DNA of 64,000 nucleotides from Mobula hypostoma (lineage: Eukaryota), in contig NC_086115.1 in NCBI RefSeq assembly GCF_963921235.1, positions 39,804,001 to 39,868,000 of the forward strand, read 5' to 3'. Below the pieces are notes generated by a model, which made no database searches, was not told the DNA's origin, and was given only the letters and a program-made list of their open reading frames with translations. Positions 58,891 to 64,000 of the stretch are shown here, piece by piece (positions within the stretch are counted from its first letter, which is position 1; each line of letters starts with the position of its first letter). The position numbers and the translations under genes were made by a program.

Positions 58891-59594
58891 GGAAAACTAT
58901 TACTGGTGAGGGTGAGGTGCTATGTTAAGAGCCACTTGTTTGCTCCTGAACAAATACAAGCACACTACTTACAGAAGCAAATTTCAAACACCAAATAATG
59001 ACACATTGCAGAATCTATTGTCAGAAACCCTTCCTGATGGATCTCACAGACACATTAACAAAAGTAGCCTTCTTGTTCATAGCAACCTCAGTGGTGCATA
59101 TATTAGTGCATATACTGTGTGCACCAAATATTTTGGATGTTGTATCAATGAATTCTATAATTTCAGATAAACACCAGTGTGGATTTGAATTGGTCAGTTT
59201 TAATGAAAGTTCATCAACCTGTATTGTTAATTAGATTTCTCTCTTTCCACAAATGCTGCTGGTTTTCTGAGTATTTCTAGCATTTCCTTTCACATCACAT
59301 TTAGAGTAAGTGCAATTCCTTTAATCTTGCAATTCCAGCATTTTTTAAATCTCTACTGTCCTTTTATTCTCCTTCTATCCAGATCTTCAGCTGGCAAGTT
59401 AGCTGTGATTAAGAAACTTTCACCATCCTCTGCAGCACCAGCAACATTGTCTACATTATTCAGTTTCTTTTCGTCACCACCATATCGCAAACATTCACTT
59501 TGTTTTCTGCAGCCCACCTACCACTCTACAATTGAAAGTGTGCTTGATTTCTGTTTTTTTCTAGTTCTCATAAAAGGTCATTGTAAGCAGTTTT

Positions 59595-60100
59595 GGATCC
59601 TAAGAAAGAATGTGCTGTTTTGGAGAGGTTTCAGAGGAGGTTCATTGAAATGAAAGACTTGTCATCTGAGGAGCATTTGATGGCTCTGAGCCTGTACTTA
59701 CTGGAGTTTAAAAGAATGAGGGAGTATCTAATTGAAACCTATTGAATATTGAAAGGCCTGCATAGAGTGGATGTGGAGAGGATGTTTCCTAACATTGGGG
59801 AATCCAGGACTAGAGTGCATAGTTTCAGAATAGAAGGACAGAGGTTAGGAGGAATTTCTTCAGCTAGAGGGTGGTAAATCTATGGGAGTCATTGCTACAG
59901 ATGGCTGTGGCGGCCAAGGCATTGGGTATATTTGAAGCAGAAGTTGATAGGCTCTGGATTAGTAAGGGTGTCAAAGATTATGGAGAGAAGGCAGAAGAAT
60001 GGGGTTAAGTGGGATAATAAATCAGCCGTGATGGAATGGCAGAACAGACTTAAAGTGCTAAATGGCCTAATTGTGCTCCTATGTCATATGGTCTTATGGT
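59595..60100 (+). mobile_element. CR1 LINE 3' fragment
   Basis: 'RKNVLFWRG', 'ctggagtttaaaagaatgaggg', tail 'aatggcctaattgtgctcctatgtcatatggtcttatggt'. Confidence 0.9.
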
Positions 60101-61550
60101 AACTAACCTGCGGTACTGTTTTTCTCTGTCTGTCTAGATCTTCAACCAGCAGGTTAGCCGGGGTTAAGAAACTTTCACCACACCCCCCTTTCCCCATCCC
60201 CTGCAGCACCAAACCTCTGTTTCTCTCGCAACTGATGCTGCCTAACCTGTTGAGTATTTCCAACATTTACTGGTTTTATAGCATATTTTTGTGTGTGTGT
60301 GCCTGGTGTTTGTTGTGCATAGTTTTGGTGCGTGCCTGGTGATTGTGCAGAAGCACGGGGATTGCGCCCTTTTGGTACCTGTAGTTTGTAAATGATTACA
60401 CAGAAACACTGGATTACATTTGAAAAGTGTTTAATGCTGTAAACCTGAAGTAAGAACAGAAAACGGTGGAAATACTCAGCATCTGTGGAGAGGGACTTAG
60501 GGTTAATATTTCAGTTTGTTGATCTTTTGTTTGACATATGATCGCAAATATGAGCTGTTTGCTCTCTGTATTTCTTCACAGATGTTGCACGATATTCTAC
60601 ATACTTACAGCCTTTTCTGTTCTGTTGTCACTTTGTATATCTGGTGGTGATCATAATGCATAGGTGCAGTATCTTGTTGATTCATGAACCTGGAGATAGT
60701 GAAATAGCATATAAACTGCATTTTGTTGGCACCTATATCTAATGATTGTGATACAGCACAAATACTGCTTTTTATAGGTTCCCATTCTTGAAGATTGCGA
60801 CACAAAACAAATGCTTCGTTGATACATGTACGTGGTGATTGGATACGGCACAAACACTGCATATGTTGCTGTGTTTTTGTTGATTATGAGCAAGTGCTAA
60901 CGCTGCATTATGATAACTGCATGTCCCTGGCGATTTACACTGTGTAAATACGACATGTTCTTAGTGATTATGCCGGACAATTACAATCCAGCAGAAACTT
61001 TCCTGGTGCATGTACCCAGTTATTATAGTAAAGCATAAATCCCGCCTTAAACTTAATGACATGCCTTCTCCACAATTTTCAATGTTCTCCAAATTCTGGG
61101 GACTAATAATTTCGACAGGGAGCTCCTCAACATTAGTGTGAAATCTTTTTGTTCTATGCCATTGCTCCCTCCTGGCACTGTGCAATTTGTTGAGGCTCTA
61201 ATTCATTGCTTTTGAGGAATAATTATGAGAATTTTCGGAAGATCAATGACACTGTAAATCCTACAAAGGCAACAATAACACCATGTACTTGGTTGGCTAA
61301 AAATGGATAAATAGAGTGACTAGTTCCATACTAATGAGAAAACCTACATATGAAAAGGGGAGATGTCAGAAATATGCACTTGCCAGGACATATACTATTA
61401 AGCTGTGCCTTGAGGAAGTTCATTCACCACATAATTGGTGCTAAATTACCAAAGCCTGAAACAATAGGCTAGCCCTGCCTAGAAACACCACCAATGGTAC
61501 GTGAACACCTAGACCTCTCTCTGACATTTATGATGCTGAGATAAATCCTA

Positions 61551-62205
61551 GGATGTGCTGGGACACATTGTCAGTGATGTAACTTAGGGTCATCCGGTGC
61601 TTTGGATCTTTCAACATCAGACACTCCCACCCAAGCGAATCAGCCAGAGTTGATCAGACCCTGGCTTGTGTCCCAGCAGCATTGGTCCACAGGTCACCCC
61701 TCTTCATCCATAGCCATCTGGAGGCTCGCTCAGCAGCCTCCGTGATGGTCCTGATGGCTCTTTTCTCTGCAGCCCCTATAATGCCAAGGACAGGGCAGGT
61801 TCTGCACAGCAAGCAGCCAGCAAAACCGCTCGACCCCAACCTCTATAGGCTCACATCGTGCCCTCCACCACTGTCTCTCGCATTGCTCTACCAGCTCCTG
61901 GTGATTGGCCTTCTTATGCTCAAACGCCTCCTCAATGTGGTCTTCCCAAGGTGCTATCAGTTTTACCTTGACCACCTACTTGGAGGTTTCTGACAGAACA
62001 ACCATGTCAGGTCTCAGTGATGATGATATGATGAAGCCAGGGAACTTTAATTGCTTGCCAAGATTGACATTCAGTTGCCAGTCAGAAGCAGTGACAAGCA
62101 AGCAAGGTGACCTGGGTTGAGGCTGTGGCTGGTCTCCAGCTTAGACAAAAGCTATGGACTTTCTGGATTGGCGGAGGTGCTTTCTGGTATTGATGACCGG
62201 GAAGA
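61551..62205 (-). mobile_element. Hero-like non-LTR retrotransposon 3' fragment (REL endonuclease + 3' UTR)
   Basis: 'RPDMVVLSETSK*..KLIAPWEDHIEEAFEHKKANHQELVEQC..WRARCEPIEVG' (PD..ELTVPWE..PxEVG REL motif) and 'EAAERASRWLWMKR'. Confidence 0.85.
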
Positions 62206-63749
62206 TACTTTCTGTAGAGACATCTAAAGCATTAAAATTGGCATGAATATTATATTTTTCGAGAGAAATAAAGAAAGCAACTGAAACATTTTGAAGCATA
62301 TAATTACACAACTAAGCCAAAAAGGTAGCTTGCTTTCCACTTTGCCTCCTAATCCATTGACCTTTCTTCCACATTTAAATCAATGTTGGCTCGGCTCCTG
62401 TCTCAGCACTAATCTGGCACTGGATTTGGATGGCATTTCCCTAGTATAAAGCTAGGGTGCTCCAGTGCGGTTGGGACCTGTAAATGGATCTGTTTGCAGA
62501 ACTCATCAACAGGTTCTTCCCCAAATATGCCATTTGGCCCAGGATTTCTGTTTTTAAATCACATTTACCATGTTCTGGACAGAACCACTGCTGATAGTTC
62601 ACATTCAGTGGCCCATTACCATTGTTACAATGTATTACCTTGAATGATCACATCACTTATTTGAAACACTATATATTTTACAGAAAGTTTGGACATTGCA
62701 TGAGATTCTTACTTAACAACCATGTAGCCCATGAGAACAGGGAGCAGTACTTCAGATGTCCCCTGGCATTTTTCTCCTGCATCTGTGTTCATTATTTACA
62801 TAAAAATGCTGAGTATATTAACACCTCATTGTATTAATTTTAAGTTTGGAAAAGTCAGTACTTTACATGTTCAATATGGAACATTTGTTTTCAACAATAT
62901 TAATCTTTCAGATTCAAATTGAGCAGACCAACATATCAAATCAGCCAAACCTTGCTCAGTCTGACTGCTAGTTCCAAACATAAACACCAGCATTCAGCTC
63001 TTTGAACAGAAATATACCCCAGACTTACACACAAGCAGTGGGATCCAATCTTGCTGGCATTCAGCAGCATTATCTGCGAAATCTTCTCTCACACCTGTCA
63101 AATCTGGCTGAGAGTCTGGGAGCCTATTGATCATAAATAAAGATTCTAAACTAGAAGGCAAATGGGGAAGGTTGTTATTTCCTCTTTTTTATGATATAGT
63201 GTAAGGTTTTCAATAATATCAATGTATGTGTGTTTGTAGCTTTTTATTCCTTTCTTGGTTTTCTTTTTTAATTATTTACTTGAATTTTATTAGTTTATAT
63301 ATGTCTCTGCATGTTTTATACTTTTGAAAACACTTAAATCCAATAACAACTTTCATGTCTTCTGTCTGGGGGATTTGCTCTCAAGACTTCATCGCCCTAC
63401 ACACAAGTGAGCAATGAAATCAACCTTTGTATCTGCCCCAAGTAAGTGTGAACACAGTTGCCAATTGTGGGTAGCAGGATGACTCCATCCCAACCTATTC
63501 TCCAGTACCTGTGGAATTTTAATCATTTAATGCTGAGTTACTAATATTGATAGATCACCCCGATGTTTAAAGAACTCAATTTGTCTTCCTTCTTACAATA
63601 ATCAGATTGTTTTAGTCAAAAATTTCCCTCCATTTGAATATTGGTGAGACATTAAGGAGAATAGAGGCATTTGGATCATGTGCAAACAGAGGGGATTTGT
63701 TTCTGATGGTATCATGGACACCACAGACATCATGGTTCGAACAGATTTT

Positions 63750-63955
63750 CCTGTGCTGTGGTGTTCCATGTTCCTATGCTGTACTGTTCTACATTTGGCT
63801 TTTGTTTGTGTCTTTTTGTGCAGTTTTTCATTGATCCTATTGCAGTTCTTTCTTCTACTGTGAATCCCTGCAAGAAAGTGAATGTCAAGATAATATATGC
63901 TGTCATATACAAATATGTACTTTGATAATAGATTTACTTTGAACTTTGAACTTCA
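63750..63955 (+). mobile_element. Rex1-like 3' UTR/tail
   Basis: 'caagaaagtgaatgtcaagat..tatgtactttgataata..tttactttgaactttgaac', homologous to 4465-4530. Confidence 0.75.
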
Positions 63956-64000
63956 AATTTTCAAAAATATTTTTCATTCTCTCTACAAAAAAAGCAGCAT

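Noticed and set aside
1-64000. Prokaryotic-style systems (CRISPR array, operons, retron or defence loci)
   Set aside because: No regularly spaced repeat-spacer array and no gene-dense coding; the RT and GIY-YIG belong to a eukaryotic Penelope-like element.

Overview
Repeat-rich, AT-rich vertebrate genomic DNA, intronic or intergenic. The mix of CR1 LINEs with (catagaa)/(tatggtc)-type tails, V-SINEs, DeuSINE-like elements, Rex1, Hero and abundant Penelope-like elements (PLEs) points to a cartilaginous fish, probably a ray or skate (inference from recalled repeat families; no search run). I could not identify any host protein-coding exon; every recognisable peptide is transposon-derived. The centrepiece is a young ~3.0 kb fold-back PLE (26863-29861; RT + Cys-rich linker + GIY-YIG). 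It inserted as one unit, with a 12-bp target-site duplication, into the esterase ORF1 of a near-full-length CR1. It has ~775-bp near-identical inverted arms, each carrying a minimal hammerhead ribozyme motif near its outer end, and a mosaic template-switch junction. Much smaller non-coding fold-back derivatives (~100-260 bp), most with hammerhead motifs, are scattered across the window. Other notable structures are a three-level Tc1 > hAT > palindromic MITE nest, a Tc1 MITE whose ends are themselves TIR hairpins, modular SINEs, an ORF1-retaining internally deleted CR1 and a heavily decayed Gypsy pol. Boundaries of old repeats are approximate; TSD-defined boundaries were read directly.
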